Shown here in pieces: positions 48,251-63,150 of a stretch of 64,000 nt of DNA. The notes beneath the pieces are model-generated. The model was given only the letters and a program-made list of their open reading frames with translations. It did no database searches and was not told where the DNA came from. Position numbers and translations under genes: made by a program. Source of the DNA: Heptranchias perlo (Eukaryota); assembly GCF_035084215.1 (NCBI RefSeq), contig NC_090340.1, positions 5,084,001 to 5,148,000 of the forward strand, read 5' to 3'. The stretch's first letter is position 1; the number at the start of each line of letters is the position of its first letter.

Positions 48251-49694
48251 TGCTCATTCTGATTGTATTCGCCCCTTTCAAGCACAGTAACAAGCAGTAC
48301 TGGCAAACTTCAGCCCCATCCATTTAAGAGGTACAGGCCTTGAAATGACGCCACTGTCGTACGATTTCCCATTCGCCTATTGGGCGAGCTGACAATAACC
48401 AGCATAGTACCCATGGCAGCTCGTCCACCGTGGTCAATAGAGGCACCAAGCGAATTTGGTTCATGCCTCTCGCACACGTCATTGTGCGGGTGCAGCATCA
48501 CGTCACGCCCCTTTTCGGCATACGTTGAATATCTCTCCCCACTCTCAATAACAAGCCAGCTCCTTCGACACCGCCTCGCTCCTGGTCCTCCATTCTGATC
48601 TTCAGTGGAAATTTTCCGACATGACCACATTGACTGCAAAGTCATTCAATAGCTGTGATTTTTTGGAGCAATTTTGAAGACCTGGAAGCTGCGGAATAAA
48701 TGCAAGTTTTTATTTTTTTAACTGCAAAGGATCATGGAATGTTTTTATCTCAAAGACGGAGACGACTGTCCCATCAAATTCGTCTTCTTTATCAAATAGT
48801 TTACATACCACGTTCTTCCCCATCCCAACTCTGATTCCTTATCACTGGGTTAGGAGGTCCCATCTACCCCTCTAATCATCAGGTTCATCGTCTGTTCAAA
48901 ACCGACCTCCTGCTCCCTCGATCATTTTATAAACCAGCAGTAGGTGCAATGGTGACTGTGTATACAAGTAACAATCAACATTACAGAATAAACTAAATTA
49001 TGAGTATTTGGTTATATTGGGGTAGATATTGCAATTTGCCTCCCGAGCGTAAAACTGGTGTTTATGTCAATGGAAATTAAACTCGGGCAGTAGCACAATT
49101 AGCGGGTGATATGGTCCGCCGGATAACTGCCTGGACATTTAACGTGAAAATTAACTTTATTCTGAACTAGTTTCCAGCAAAAACTCACAACTCACATATG
49201 TCTGTTCGAGGTGTTTAACTAGTCTTTAAGGACACTTCCTTGAAAGGGGTGATGAAGCTGCATGTCTCATCTTCATGGGATCCATGTATCCATTTGGACA
49301 AAACATGTCTCCAAGGCATCCAGATTCCTTTAACAACGTCTTCTCTTTCTGCAAAGAAAAGGCGGTAAACAACCACCGATGGAGAACTGTATCTGACAGA
49401 TAGTTGAAGGTTGAAAACCCACAGTCGATACGAACAGTCATTCAGCAGAGGCCGTAGGAGATGTGTGGAACAAGAGGAGGCTGATTAATGCAGGGGAGTA
49501 GGGTTTTCACTGGATTAAATACTAAGTCATAATGAGAATGAGGACCGGGGCTTGAAAGAGAGGGAAAGTGTCGTTCGCCCATGGGGAGTGGATAATGGAC
49601 AGCCGTCACCTGAGAATTCTAAGGACCCAAACTTACAGCCCAGTGTTAAAAAGTTTTATGTTTGTAGAGCATCGCTCTTAAGCGGAGGCAGTAG

Positions 49695-52600
49695 AATCAT
49701 AGAATCATAGAAAGGTTACAGCACAGAAGGATCCAATTGGCCCATCGAGTCCGCGCCGGCTCTTTGCAAGGCCAATCTAGCTAGTCCCACTCCCCCACCC
49801 TATTCCCGTAGAACTACACTTTTTTTCAGTTCAATGACGTATTCAGTTCCCTTTTGAAGGCTATGATTGAATTTGCCTCCACCACCCCCTCGGGCAGTGC
49901 ATTCCAGATCCTAACCACTCGCTGTATACAAAAGTTTTTCCTCATATCACCTTTGGTTCTTTTGCCAAACACCTTAAACCTATGTCCTCTGGTTCTTCAC
50001 CATTTCGCTAATGGGAACAGTTTCTCTATATCTACTCTGTCTAGACACTTCATGATTTTGAATACCTCTAGCAAATCTCCTCGCAACCGTCTCCGTTCCA
50101 AGGAGAAAAAGCGCAGCTTCTCTAATCTATCCACGTAACAAAAGACCCTCATCCCTGGAATGATTCTCGTAAATCTCTTCTGCGCGCTCTCTAAGTCATT
50201 TACATCTTTCCTAAAGTGCCTTACCCAGAACTGCACGCAATACTCCAGTTGTGGCCGAACCAGTGTTTTATAAAGGTTCATCATGACTTCCATACTTCTG
50301 TATTCTATGCCTCTATTTATAAAGCCCAGGATCCCGTATGCTTTTATAATCGATTGCTCAACCTGCCGTCCCACCCTCAACGACTTGTGCACATACAGCC
50401 CCAGATCTCACTCTTCTTGTACCGATTTTAGAGTTGTGCCCTTTAGTTTATATTGCCTCTCCCCGTTCTTCGCACCGAAATGTATCATTTAGCATTTTTC
50501 TGTGTTCAATTTCATCTACCACGTGTCTGCCCATGGCAGCAGCCTGCCTATATCCTCTTGAAGTCTATCACTGTCCTCCTCACTGTTTACTGCACTTCCA
50601 AATTTTGTGTCATCTGCAAATTTTGAAATTGTGCCCTGTACACCCAAGTCCAGTCATTAATATATATCAAGAAAAACAGTCATCCTAGCACCAACCCCTG
50701 GGCAACACCACCGAGCATCTCCCTCCAACCGAAAAACTACAGTTCACCACTGCTCTCTGTTTCCTGTCACTTAACCAATTGTGTATCCATGTTGCTACTG
50801 CACCCTTTATTCCCTAGGCCTTAATCGTGACGATAAGCCTACCATACAGCACTTTATCAAATGCCTTTTGAAAGTCCATATACACCACATCAACTGCATT
50901 GCCTTCATCTGCCCTCTCTGTTACCTCATCAAAAAACTCTATCAGGATAGTTGAACACGATTTGTCTTTAACAATTCCGTGCTGGCTTTCCCTAATCAAT
51001 CCACACTCGTCCAAGTGACTGTGAATTCTTTCCCGGATTATTGTTCCTAAAAGTTTACCTACAACTGAGGTTAATCTGACTGGCCTATAGTTGCTAGGTT
51101 TATCCTGACACCCTTTTGTGAACAAGGGTGTAACATTTGCATTCTCCACTCCTCTGGCACCAACTCATATCTACGGATGTTTATAAGATTATGGCCAGTA
51201 CCCCTGCAATTTCCACCCTTACTTCCCTCAGCAACCTAGGGTGCATCCCATCCGGACCGGGCGAATTATCTACTTTAAGTACAGCTAGCCCTTCAAGTAC
51301 CTCTTCTTTATCAATTTTTAGCCCATCCAGTATCCTAACTCTATCTTCCTTTACTGAGATTCTGGCAGCATCTTCTTCCTTGGTAAAGAAAGATGCAAAA
51401 TACTCATTTAGTGCTTCAGCCATCCCCTATACCTCCATGAGTCGATCTCCTTTAGGGCCCCTAATCGGCCACGCCCCTCCTCTTGCTGCCCCTTTACTGG
51501 TTAAATGCCTGTAGAAGACGTTTGGATTCCCCTTTATATTGGCCATAGTCTATTCTCATTCTCTCTCTTTGCCAAACTTATTTCCTTTTTCACTTCTTGT
51601 TTGAACTTTGTTATATTCTGCCTTGTTCTCACTTGTCTTATCAACCTGACGTCTCTCATACGCCCCTTTTTTCCGTTTCATCTTACTCACTATGTATTTT
51701 GTCATCCAGGGAGCTCAGGTTTTATTTGCCCTACCTTTCTGACTCGTGGGAATGTGCCTAGACTGTACCCGGACCATCTCCCCTTAAAATGCAGCCCACT
51801 ATTCAATTACAATTTTGTCTGCCAATCTTTGATTCTGATTTACCCGGGCCAGAACTGTTCTCATCCCATTGAACCTATCCCTCCTCCAATTGAGTATTTT
51901 TGCTTTAGAGTGGCCAATGTCCTTTTTCCATAGCTATTCTAAACCTAATGATAATATTATCGCTAATCCCTAAATGTTCCCTCATTGACACTCGTTCCAC
52001 TTGGCCTGCCTCATTCCGTTGAACCAAGTCCAGCAATGCCTCCTTCGTCTTGGGCCCGAAAAAGTACTGGTCAAGAAAGTTATCCTCAACACAATTCAAA
52101 AATTCTTCCCCCTCTTTGCTCCTTATATTATTATTGTTATCGCAGTCTATATTAGGATAGTTGAAGTCCCCAGTTATCACTACTCTATAGCTTTTGCACC
52201 TCTCTGTAATTTGCCTGCCAATTTGCTCCTCTATATCCTTCCAACTAGTTGGTGGCCTATAGAATACACCCTGTAGTATAATGGTACCTTTTTTTATTCT
52301 TTAACTCTAAAAAAATAGATTTTTTCCTTGACCCCTCCAGGACATCCCCTCTCTCCAGTACTCCAATATTCTCCTTAATCAATACTGCGACCCCGTCCTT
52401 TCTTTCCTTCCCTTTATTTCCTGAGTACCTTGTATCCAGGAATAGTTAGTAACCAATCCTCCCCTTTTTTGAGCCAGGTCTCCGTTATCGCCATTGCATC
52501 GTGTTCCCATGTGGCTATTTGCACCTGCTGCTCACTAACCTTGTTTATCAAGCTTCACGCGTTTACGCACATGCACTGCAAACCAGTCTTACAATTTCTT

Positions 52601-52970
52601 GTGCTCTCTCTTAGTCTGATCCCACCTAAAACTGTACTATTATTTGTTCTAGTGCTATCTTTCTCTACCGATCCTTTGTGCTCCTTGTTTCTCATTTCTA
52701 ATGCTACAACATGGTGCCCATCTCCCTGCCAAATTTGTTTACACGACCCCCCACCAACACATCACTAGTAAACCTTCCCGCGAGGACATAGATCTCAGCT
52801 CCGTTCAGGTGCAACATGTCCCGCGTTCCACAGAACTGATCACAATGCCCCAGGAAACTAAAGTCCTCCCTCCAGCAGCATCTCTCCAGCCAAGCATTCA
52901 TCTGCTTTATCCTCATATTTCTCCATATGCTAGCGCGTGAGTAATCCGGAGATTACTACCTTTGAGCTCC
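49695..52970 (-). mobile_element. Long CR1 LINE with APE, RT and part of an esterase-type ORF1
   Basis: GDFNYPNID, LLDLV, YMDFQKAFDKV, VRPQLEYCVQFW; ORF1 QMNAWLERCCWREDFSFLGH. Confidence 0.93.
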
Positions 52971-54349
52971 TGCTTTTTTAAGAGATGTATTTCCCATTCA
53001 TATCTTTCAAATAATGGAGAAGTGGGACTCTTTATTGGGGGTACTGTAGCGTGGTGGCTACGGGGCTGGACTAGCTTCGTGACGGCCATGGCAACTATTG
53101 AAATTTTATTAAGTGTATTAAATGTGTTAATTTCTGTGTAGATGACAATCTCCAAATGGTTCAGTAATGTCCCTCAGAAAAAGGAGCCTGTTATCCATGT
53201 CTGTTCAACATGTGACATACCATCAGGCTTTTCGGGGGTAAAATTCAACTTCGATGGGGGATAAAAAACAAACAATAATGCATTGGCTGCCCGTTACACA
53301 CACCAATTAATTTTGTTTTCCATTGAAGTCAATCGGGCGGTTTGTATAACTTTCGACCGATCCACTGCCATCTCTTTTGTGCCCTATTGATGTTGAATTT
53401 CAACCACTTAAAAGAATCAGGGCAGCTATTGATGAGCCCACATGCCAAGGACAGAACATTCATGATGACGATCCACTACAAGCATCTGCAACACATTGCA
53501 GGATGTTTCCCAGGACAAGCAGAAGACCCAGTGGAGAGTGAGGCTCCAACATGGCGCCAGTTGGATATACAGGAGGACAGAGATGCCCTCCAGAGGGGCA
53601 GTTACCACATCAGCCTGAAAGCAACAGATTTGATCCAATACCTGGTTGAGACGATTCTTAATGACACTGACTAGTAGCAGCTCTGCCCTTCATCAGTGAC
53701 TACTTCACTAAGACAAGAATTACCTTAGGTTTGTAAGGCTTGAGACGAACCAACCTAGCCATTCATCGCTCAACCTCATCTGCCTCCAGTCGGCTCTGTG
53801 GCACTTTGAAATTGCCATTGATTTCATGATAGCTTTAGCCCCTTTGTCTGTGAAAGTCTTAAAGGCACCATGAGCCATAACTTTATAGAATAGCGCAGAT
53901 CACCAATTAAACAGAGGGAGTCGCATTGGGAAATCCACCTCCACAGAGCAGATCTGCATTTTCTGCAGATTTGACTGAACAGAACAGTAAAAGTTTCAAT
54001 AGAAGTTCCAGAACACCAAACAACTCAAAATGATCTGCAGACAAATTAAAACATACCTTTAGCTGCTTTGACCGAAACAGCTTAAAGTGGGATCTACCTT
54101 ACAGATGCTATTCTGTAGCTCATACCATCAGTTTTTGGTTGGCATGGAATTCGTGTGAATATTGTGAAAATGGAGCGGGGACTGGCGACATGTAAATCCG
54201 ATGGGCCAACCAACTAGGACGCTTTACAGGGGGATGACAGGCTTTTAATGGATCCTTTGGTTCAGTTAGTTAGTGGTAGATTTTGGGAAGCAGAAATCGT
54301 CCCAATTTAACTTTGTTTTGTGCTCCAGATTCATCTAAAATGAATGTTC

Positions 54350-54520
54350 ATAAGAACATAAGAACATAAGAAATAAGAGCAGGAGTAGGCCAATCGGCCC
54401 TTCGAGCCTGCTCCGCCATTTAATAAGATCATGGCTGATCTGATCCGAACCTCAAATCTAAATTCATGTCCAATTTCCTGCCCGCTCCCCGTAACCCCTA
54501 ATTCCCTTTAGTTCTAGGTT
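54350..54520 (-). mobile_element. CR1 3' UTR fragment
   Basis: cataagaacataagaacataagaaataagagcaggagtaggcc. Confidence 0.85.
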
Positions 54521-54899
54521 GCCTCTGGTATAGCCCCCATCTTAACTTATTCAAGTCCAAGAGACGCAGATTTGAGTGTATTTGGTGCCGAACTGGTTGA
54601 GCCATCCATTACCAGGTCTGGATATTTTGCGCTAAAGGGCTTCTCTATATTCTGCCGAAACTGACGCCAATCCACGATCATCTTGGGAGACCAAGCATAT
54701 TCCAATACCGACTGTCTCCACCGATATGCTCAATCACACACTCACCTCCACCTTTGATGTCCTTGTCCTCATTAAAGCCATTAATCTCTCTCACCACCTC
54801 CTGATAATGGCCCTCATCTTCACTCCCTCAAATCCAAGGGATGCATACTTGAACGTTTATGGTGGACACATAGTTGAGCAATTCATCGCCAGATCTGGC

Positions 54900-56875
54900 T
54901 GGACCGCACAAAGCACTATCGGGTGTTGTTCTTTTCTGTCAAAAGGCTCACTATTCCAGGATCACCCTGGAATGCAAAGATAACCCATAGCTTCTCTTCT
55001 CCACTATAAACCGTCACATTTAACGCCTCTCCCTACCTCCCCCACCCCCACCTCCAAAAACAGGTGCTTGAGGAGCTCATAGACGTCTTTGTCAATAACA
55101 TTGCGACCAACCATTCAGCTGCCTCTACCACTTTCTTCCCTTCCCCTAGACTACCAGCCCAAACGTTCCCTCCAGTTCCCCCCTGCACTCGTCCTGAATT
55201 CGCATCTTTCTCTTGTTGCTATCTTATCTCCCTTCATGCTCACTCTGAGCTCATCTTGACGATGACACCCACCTCCTGCTCCCTCGACCCTATTTCCATC
55301 AAACTGCTGACTATCCTGATCCCCATGTTAGCTGATATTGTTAAAGATTCCCTCTGCTCAAGTAGTGTCTTCCTCCCCTTCAAATCTACCGTCATCACCC
55401 GTCTCCTTAAAAAAAACACCCTTGACCCCCACTGTCCTTGCAAACTACCGCCCCATCTCCAACCTCCCTCCCTTTCCTCTCCAAGGTCCTTGACTGTGTT
55501 ATCACCTCCCAAATATTTGCCCAACTTTCCCGTTACTCCATGCTTGAATCCATCCAATCAGTTTTCCGACACTGACACAGTACTGAAACGCCCCTTATCA
55601 AAGTCACAAATGATATCCTTTGTGAATGTGACCGTGATAGACAATCACTCCTCGTTCTAATTGACCTGTCTGCAGTCTTTGACAAGGTTAGCCACACCAT
55701 CCCATTCCAATGCGTCGCCTCCATCATCCAGCTGGGTGGGACTGCGCTCGCCTGGTTCCATTCTTATCTGTACAGTCATAGCCAGACAATCACTTGCAGT
55801 TGCTTCTCATCCTGCTCCCGCACCATTACCCCTGGTGTCCCTCAAGGGTCTACACGTGGACCCCTCCAGTTTCTCATCGACATGCTGCCCCTCGGTGACA
55901 TCATCCGAAAAAACAACGTCAGGTTCTACGTTTACATTGACGACACCCTGCTCTAACTCATGACCACCCCCTCGACCCCTCCACTCTCTCTGATTTGTCA
56001 CACTGCTTGTCCGACATCCAGTACTGGATGAGAAAAAATTTCCTCCAACTAAATATTGGGAGGACCAAAGCCATTGTCATCGGTCCCTGCAACAAACTCT
56101 GTTCCCTAGCCATCGACTTCATCCCACAACTTTGCCACTGTCTGAAGCTGAACGAGACCATTCAGAACCTTGATATCTTGTAAGACCCTCAGAGGAGCTT
56201 CCGACCACATATCCGCTCCATCATCTAGACTGCCTACTTCCAACTGTGTAACATTGTCCATCTCCGCACATGCCACAGCTCATCTGCTGCTGTAGCACTC
56301 ATCCATGCCGTTGTTTCCTCTAGACCTGACTATTCCAATGCTCTCAGGGCCGGCCTCCCATCTTCACTCTCCATAAACTTGAGCTCATCTAAAACTGTGC
56401 TGTCCATATCCTACCTCGCACCAAGCCCCATTCACCCATTACGCCTGTGCTGGCTGACCTACATTGGCTCCTGGTCTGGCAACACCTCGATTTTAAAATT
56501 CTCATCCTTGTTTGCAAATTCCTTCATGGCCTTGCCTCTCCATATCTCTGTAACCTCCTCCAGCCCTTCAACCCTCCGAGATCTCTGCGCTCCTCCAATT
56601 CTTGCCTCTTGTCATATCCCCAAGTAGAATCGCTCCACCATTGGCGACCATGCCTTCAGCTGCCTAGGCCATAGGTTCTGAAATTCCCTCCCCAAACCTC
56701 TCTGCCTCTCTACCTCTCTCTCCTCCTTTAAGACGCTCCTTAAAACCCTGCCTCTTTGAACAAGCTTTTGTTCACCTGTCGCTTGGTGTCAAATTTTGTT
56801 TGATAACGTTCCTGTGAGCACCTGGGATCGTTTTACTACGTTAAAGGATGCTATATAAATACAAGTTGTTGTTGA
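54900..56875 (+). mobile_element. L2 LINE fragment with 3' end
   Basis: TPTSCSLDPI, LSDIQYWMRKNFLQLNIGRTK, LADLHWLLV; aaatacaagttgttgttg tail. Confidence 0.92.
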
Positions 56876-57049
56876 TGAAACACCACTCCCATTCATCGTC
56901 AAACGTGAGGATGGAATGGAGTTGTTGACCTTAAGAGTGAGATCATCTGTTCAGCTGGCTCTGCTGTCCCCTTCCCTTTTCCAATCAAATCAAACCTTTC
57001 TTCAAGCTTTGCCCAACCACCATTTCTCCAGTTTCGCACCTATCTCCCT

Positions 57050-57960
57050 TATACACTTTCAGAAATCATGTTGTCCATGAGGCCCATCTGCCGGTTAATT
57101 GACTGCATTCCCATTAAATTGCTGTCCACTCAACTTCCCTTCCCGGCCCAATGCCAGCTGACACTTTAAATGTTTCTGTGTCCTCAAGTACCATCCTCAG
57201 CGTTCAAAAATTGCTGTCGTCACCCGCTCCTCTGAAAGAAACACTCTCAAAACCTCTGTTATTGCAATCTCCAATCTTCATTTCATCTCCAAAGCGCTGG
57301 AACGTGTTGTCACCTCTAACGTCCGTGTCCATCTTTCTGGCATCTTCGAATTAAACCAATCAAGTTTCCGCTCCTTTCACGGCAGTGAAATGGTCTAACC
57401 AGCGTCATATATGACACTTTGTGTGACTGGGATCGTGGTGCATTCCCCCTCCTCGTCTTCACTGACCTCTGCAGCATTTGGTATGGTCGACACACATCAT
57501 CCTCCAATGCCTATTTTCCATTGTGCAGTTGATTGCGACTGTCCTCAATTGGTTCCATTCTTAACCATTCACTTTTAGCTGGAGCATCTCCATCAATGTC
57601 TTCGTTTACCGTTCCTGCATCATTACATCTGCAGTCCACAAAGGATCTATTCTTTGCCCCTTCCTCTTCCCCACCTACATGCTGCCCCTGGGCAACATCA
57701 TCTGAAGAAATGGGATCAGCTTCTACATTTCTGCTGACAATGCGCAGCTTTGTCTCCCCAACACTTCTCTCGACTCCCCTAATGCATCTGACATCGAGAC
57801 TTGATGGGAAGCAGTCTCCAGTTAAACATTGGAAAGACTGAAACCATCATCATTGGCCTCTACCACAACAGACTTTTTGTAACCTTAGTGTCCTATTCAG
57901 CCTGAGCTGAACTTCCAACACCCATATTCGTCGTACTTCTACATCAAAACGATTGCCCAC
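57050..57960 (+). mobile_element. Older L2 fragment
   Basis: Degenerate homology to 55250-56260. Confidence 0.7.
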
Positions 57961-57969
57961 CTCCATCCC

Positions 57970-60225
57970 TGCATCTGCCCTTCCAGTTACCAAAACACTC
58001 GTCGACCATTACACTTTGCTTCCTGCTACCGAGCCAATTTTGGATCCAACTTTCTATTTTCCCTTGAATCCCATGGGCTTTTGTTTTTCAGTCCATGCTG
58101 CCGTGTGGGACCTTGTCCAAAGCCTTGCTAACATCCACGTGCACTACATTAAACGCGCTACCCTCATCGACCCTCCTTGTTACCTCCTCAAATAATTCAA
58201 TAAAGTTAGTCAGGCACGACCTTCCCTAAACAAATTAATGCTGACTGTCATTGATTAATCTGTGCCTTTCTAAGTGACGACTTATACTGTCCCTCAGAAT
58301 TGTTTCGAATAATTTGTCCACCACCGAGATAAGTCTGACTGTCCTTTATCGTTTTCTTCCTTTTTAAAAGAACGGTACAACATTAGCAGTCCTCCAATCC
58401 TCCGGCACCACACCTGTAGCCAGAGATGATTTGAAAATGATGGTCCGAGCTTCTGCTATTTCCTCCCTTGCTTCTTTTAACAGCCTGGCATACATTTCGT
58501 ACGGGCCTGGCGATTTATTTACTTTCAAAGATGCTAATGCCCTTTATATTTCCCCCTTCACTCTGTTTACCCCATCCAATCTTTCACACTCCTCCTCCTT
58601 AACAACAATGTCCACAGATGCAAAGTATTCATTAAGAACCATACCCATATGTTATGCCTCCCACACATAGGTTACGTTTTAAACCTATAATAGGCCCTAC
58701 TCTTTCCTTAGTTATCCTCTTGCTCTTTTTTGTATTCATGAAACATCTTTGGGTTTTCCTTGATTTTACCTGTCAGTATTTTTTAATGTCTTCTCTTTGC
58801 TTTCAAAGACTTTTTAAATTTCTCCCCTGCAGTTTCTATTCTCCTCGAGGCTTTCTGCAGTATTGGAGTCTAGGTGTCTGACATAAGCTTCCATTTTCTG
58901 CCTTATCTTACCATATATGCTCCTTGACATCCAGGGGGCTCTACATTTGACATTCCAATTTTTTTCTTTATTGGAACTTATTTGCTCTGCACCCACACTA
59001 TCTCCCCAATGAATGCCTCCCACTGCTATTTACCTTCAAGTAACTGTTTCCAGTCCACTTTCGTTAAATCACTTCTCAGCTTTCTACAATTTGCCTTTCC
59101 CCAATTGTGAACTTTAACTCTTATTCTATTTCTGTCCTTTTCCATAACTATGCTAAATCTAACTGAATTATGATCACTACAACCACGATGCTCTTCCACT
59201 GATACTCCTTCCGTCTGCCCAGTTTCATTGCCTAAAACTAGGTCCAGAACTACCCCCTCCCTTAATGGGCTTGCTACGTACTGGTGAAAAAAAGTTCTGT
59301 TGAAGGCATTTTAAAACTCTACGCCCTCGATAACTTTTACACTGCTTCTATCCCAGTTAATATTAGGTTGGTTTACGTCCCCTACCCGAGACTGCCCTAT
59401 TGTTTTGGCACTTCTCAGAAATTTGCCTACATATTTGCTGTACTATCTCCATGTGACTGGGAGTCTAAACCACACTCCCTGTAGTGAGATTGCCCCTTTT
59501 TTGATCATTAGCTGAATCCATATGGGCTCATTTGATGATCCTTCCAATATATCATCCCTCTTCACAGCTGCAATTGTTTCCCTCACCTATATTGCCCACA
59601 TCCTATTTTATCCCCCTCTCTATCTCGTTTGAAAACTCTGTAACGAGGAATGTTGAGCTGCCATTCCTGCCCTGTTTAAGCCATGCTTCAGTAATAGCTA
59701 TTACATCATACTTCCACCTGTCTGTCTGAGACTTTAGCTGACCTGCCTTATTCACTAGACTCGTTGCATTGAAGTATACAATTTTGCAATGTCAAACACA
59801 TTTGTTGTCTATTTTCTAACCTTTGTTTCCTCTGCCTTCCAAATTCGCTTACTAATTTTCTATCCTCCATTTCTAGCTCTGCTTCTCTCCCTTCTGAATT
59901 TACGCTCAGGCTCCCATCCCCCTGCCAAGCTAGTTTAAACCCTCCCCAACAGCACAAGCAAAACTTCCTGCGAGAATATTTGTCTTTTGAGATGCAACCC
60001 GTCCTGCCTATATAGGTCCCACCTTCCCCAGAACTGGTCCCTATGCCCCAGGAATCTAAAGCTCTCCCTTATGCACCATCTCTCCAGCCACGCATTCATC
60101 TGCTCTAACTGTCTATTTCTATATTCACTGGCATGTGGCACCGGGAGTAATCTGGAGATACTACAATTGAGGTCCTACTTATTAATCTCTTTCCTAGCTC
60201 CATATAATCTGCCTGCAGGGCCTCA
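57970..60225 (-). mobile_element. CR1 fragment with esterase-type ORF1 remnant
   Basis: EQMNAWLERWCIRESFRFLGHRDQFWGRWDLYRQDGLHL; APE and RT remnants. Confidence 0.88.
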
Positions 60226-61160
60226 ACCTCTGTTTAAAGAGTCCAGAACAAGAGGGCATAGTCGTAGGATAACGGGACGGCCATTTAAGCCTGTGGTGAG
60301 GATGCATTTCTTCACTCAGTGGCTTGTGAATCTGTGGAATTCTCTACCCCAGAGAGGACTGTGGATGCTGAACAGTTAAGTATGTTCAAGGCTGAGATAG
60401 GTCATATTTTGGACGCTAGGGGAATCAAGGGATATGCGGATGGGGCAGGAAAGTGGAGTTGAGGTTGAAGATCAGCCATGATCTTATTGAATGGCGGAGC
60501 AGGCTCGAGAGGACGTATGGCCAACTCCTGTTCCTGTTTATTTCTTTTACCTGCATGCCCGCTCTTACTTTTATACCAGCTCTCTCTCTCTCTCCACTCT
60601 CGCGCTGGTCTCATCCAGACACGATTATTCCAATGCACCCCTGGCCGGAATTTCATACTCTAGCCTCCATCAACTTGAACTGGTCCACCTGTTGCTGCGC
60701 TTATTCTATCCCGCACCAAGTCCAAATAATCCATCACCCCTGACCGCTCCGACCTATATAGTTTCCCGTTCCCCCAATTCCTCCAATTTAAAATTCTCAT
60801 ACTTGAGTTTAAATCTCTCCCTGGTCTTGCTCCTCTCGATCTCGATATCTCCACACCCACGGAAAAAAACGCTCCACTTCTCTAACTAAGGCCTCTTCTG
60901 TACCCTCCTCACATTGTTCCAACATTGGCGGCCGTGACTTCAGCTCTCTGGTCCTTGTACCTTGGAATTCCTTTCCTAAACACCTCCAACTCTCCAACTC
61001 GCTCTCCTGCTGTAAGACCCCCCTTGTAACCCAACACGTTGGCAACGTTTTTGAAAACCCATCCTACCAACACCTTTGTCGGCTTGGTGTCCAGTTTTGC
61101 CTGATTACAACCCTGTGTAGTGAATCGGGATGTTAGTCCACGTTCAAGATGCAAAACTAT
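60226..61160 (+). mobile_element. CR1 3' end (60226-60545) followed by a degenerate L2 3' end (60600-61160)
   Basis: ESRTRGHS...FFTQWLVNLWNSLPQ; SSRHDYSNAPLAG. Confidence 0.8.
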
Positions 61161-61429
61161 AGACGTTTAACGCCACCACTTGCGGAAACGCTTTTATAGA
61201 ATGAAAATTTTGCATTGCAAATTTAACTTCAAATAAGGGCGTAGGATATTATAATGGAATTGTGTTGACACAGATTTCTGATAAAAAGGTGGTAACAGTG
61301 AGAAACATTTTGCAGATAGGAAGTATGTGTCGACATAAAACATTCCTAAAATAGCCTACCTAGATTAATACCTACAGTAGGTGATTTTCTATTGAAACAA
61401 TATATTTTTCAGAATTAACGTTGGTACAT

Positions 61430-63150
61430 AGAATTAAATATAATCTACACCACAGAAACAGGCCATTCATCCGAACTGGCCTAAGTCAGTGTTTTGCAGC
61501 CACACGAGCCTTTTCTCATTCTAATTGCCTCTCCCATCCCTGTCCTCAAAACCCTCATGTCTGCACGAAGCCACCCTTTAAATGCGTCAATGCTATCTGC
61601 TTCAGCCACTCTTATCTGGCAGCGAGATCCACATTTTTACCACTATCTTTATAATGAAATGTATTCTCAGCACTTTATTTGATCTATTAGTGGTTATCTT
61701 ATAGCTGTGCCCATTTGTTGTGGACTCATCCATAAGTGGAAACATTTTCTCCACATCTGCCCTATCGAATCCTTTCATAATTTTATAGACCTCTATCAGT
61801 CCTCCTCTTAGTCTACACATTTTCGAGAGAAAAGAGCCCCAGCCTGCATAAATCTTTCCTGCTATTTGCATCATCTCAATTCTGGTAACAACCTTTCAAA
61901 TATTTTCTACACTTTCTCCAGTGGGTCTATACGCTTTGTGTAATATGGCGACTAGAACGTCGCACATTACTCCAAGTGTGGTTCTAAATCAATTTAATAT
62001 TACCTTCCTGCTTTTGTGTTCTCTTCTAGAAATGAACGTCATTGCTTTGTTTTTACTCTTTATGACCACCTGAACTTGTGCAGCTTCTTCGAACGATTTA
62101 TCTATCTTTCCTCCCAGATGCCTTTGCCCCTCTGGTGTTAGCTATGGCTCAGCGGTAGCACTCTAGCCTCTCAGGTGAGAAGGTTGTGGGTTCAAGTCCC
62201 ATTTCTGAGCTGACACTCCAATACTAAGGGAGTGCTGCTCTGTCGTGAGTGTTTTTGTTCGGATGAGACGTTAAACCGAGACACTGTCTTTCCTCAGAGG
62301 TGAAAACACCCCATGGCACTATTCGAAGAAGAGCAAGGGATTTCTCTCGTTGTCCTGGCCACTATTTGTCCTTTAACCAACATCACTAAAACAGATTATC
62401 TGGTCATTAACACATTGGGACCTTACTGTGCACAAATTAGTTGCCGCGTTTCATACACTACAACAGTGACTACACTTCAAAAGTATTTCATTGGCTGTAA
62501 AGTGCATTAGGATGTCCTGAGCTCATGAAAGGCGCAATATAAATGCAAGTCCCATTTTATTTCTTTTTCCACCCCCATTTAGTTTCTTATCCACCAAGGA
62601 ATAAGTCGCTTCTTCCATTCTCCTACCTAAATGAACCACCTCAGAGTTGCCTACATTGAATTTCATTTACCATTAATGCACCAACTCGACAACCCTGTTT
62701 ATGCATTAATTTATTTTGGTATTGTCCTCCACATTGTTAGCTTTATCCCTCCAATTTGATATAATCTGTCAATTTTGTCACCATGCTTCCAATTACTGCG
62801 TACAAATGATTTCTCTATATGGTGAAAAATAGTGGTCCCACAACCGATCCTCTGTTTTCTGTTATGTAGCCATGTTTCAATCCATTCTGCTAACTGGCCC
62901 ATGACTCCACACGCCCTGACCTTTGTCATGAGTCTCTCATGAGGCACCTTTTTGAAGACCTTCTGAAAACCCATGTATGCCATATTCATTACATTTCCCT
63001 TGTCTACTATTTGTGCTATTTCGTCAAATAATTGAATACGGTTGGATGAACATGATATCGTCCCTATAGAAATCCTTGTTGACATTTTTTGTTATGTTCT
63101 ACTTCTGCAGTTGATTTTAGCAAAGATTCTTGCATATTTCCTATATCTGA
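61430..63150 (-). mobile_element. Old CR1 fragment split by the SINE at 62138
   Basis: RLRGGLIEVYKIMKGFDR; YMGFQKVFKKVPH. Confidence 0.85.
62138..62555 (+). mobile_element. Deu-domain SINE inserted in a CR1 fragment
   Basis: tggctcagcggtagcactct...gggttcaagtccc head; core and tail as in the other copies. Confidence 0.85.

Noticed and set aside
49210-49350. Exon-like segment after a TTTTCTTTGCAG acceptor (-), plus similar isolated candidates at ~5772-5817 and ~63248-63293
   Set aside because: Splice-like signals only; no recognisable protein and no consistent multi-exon model.
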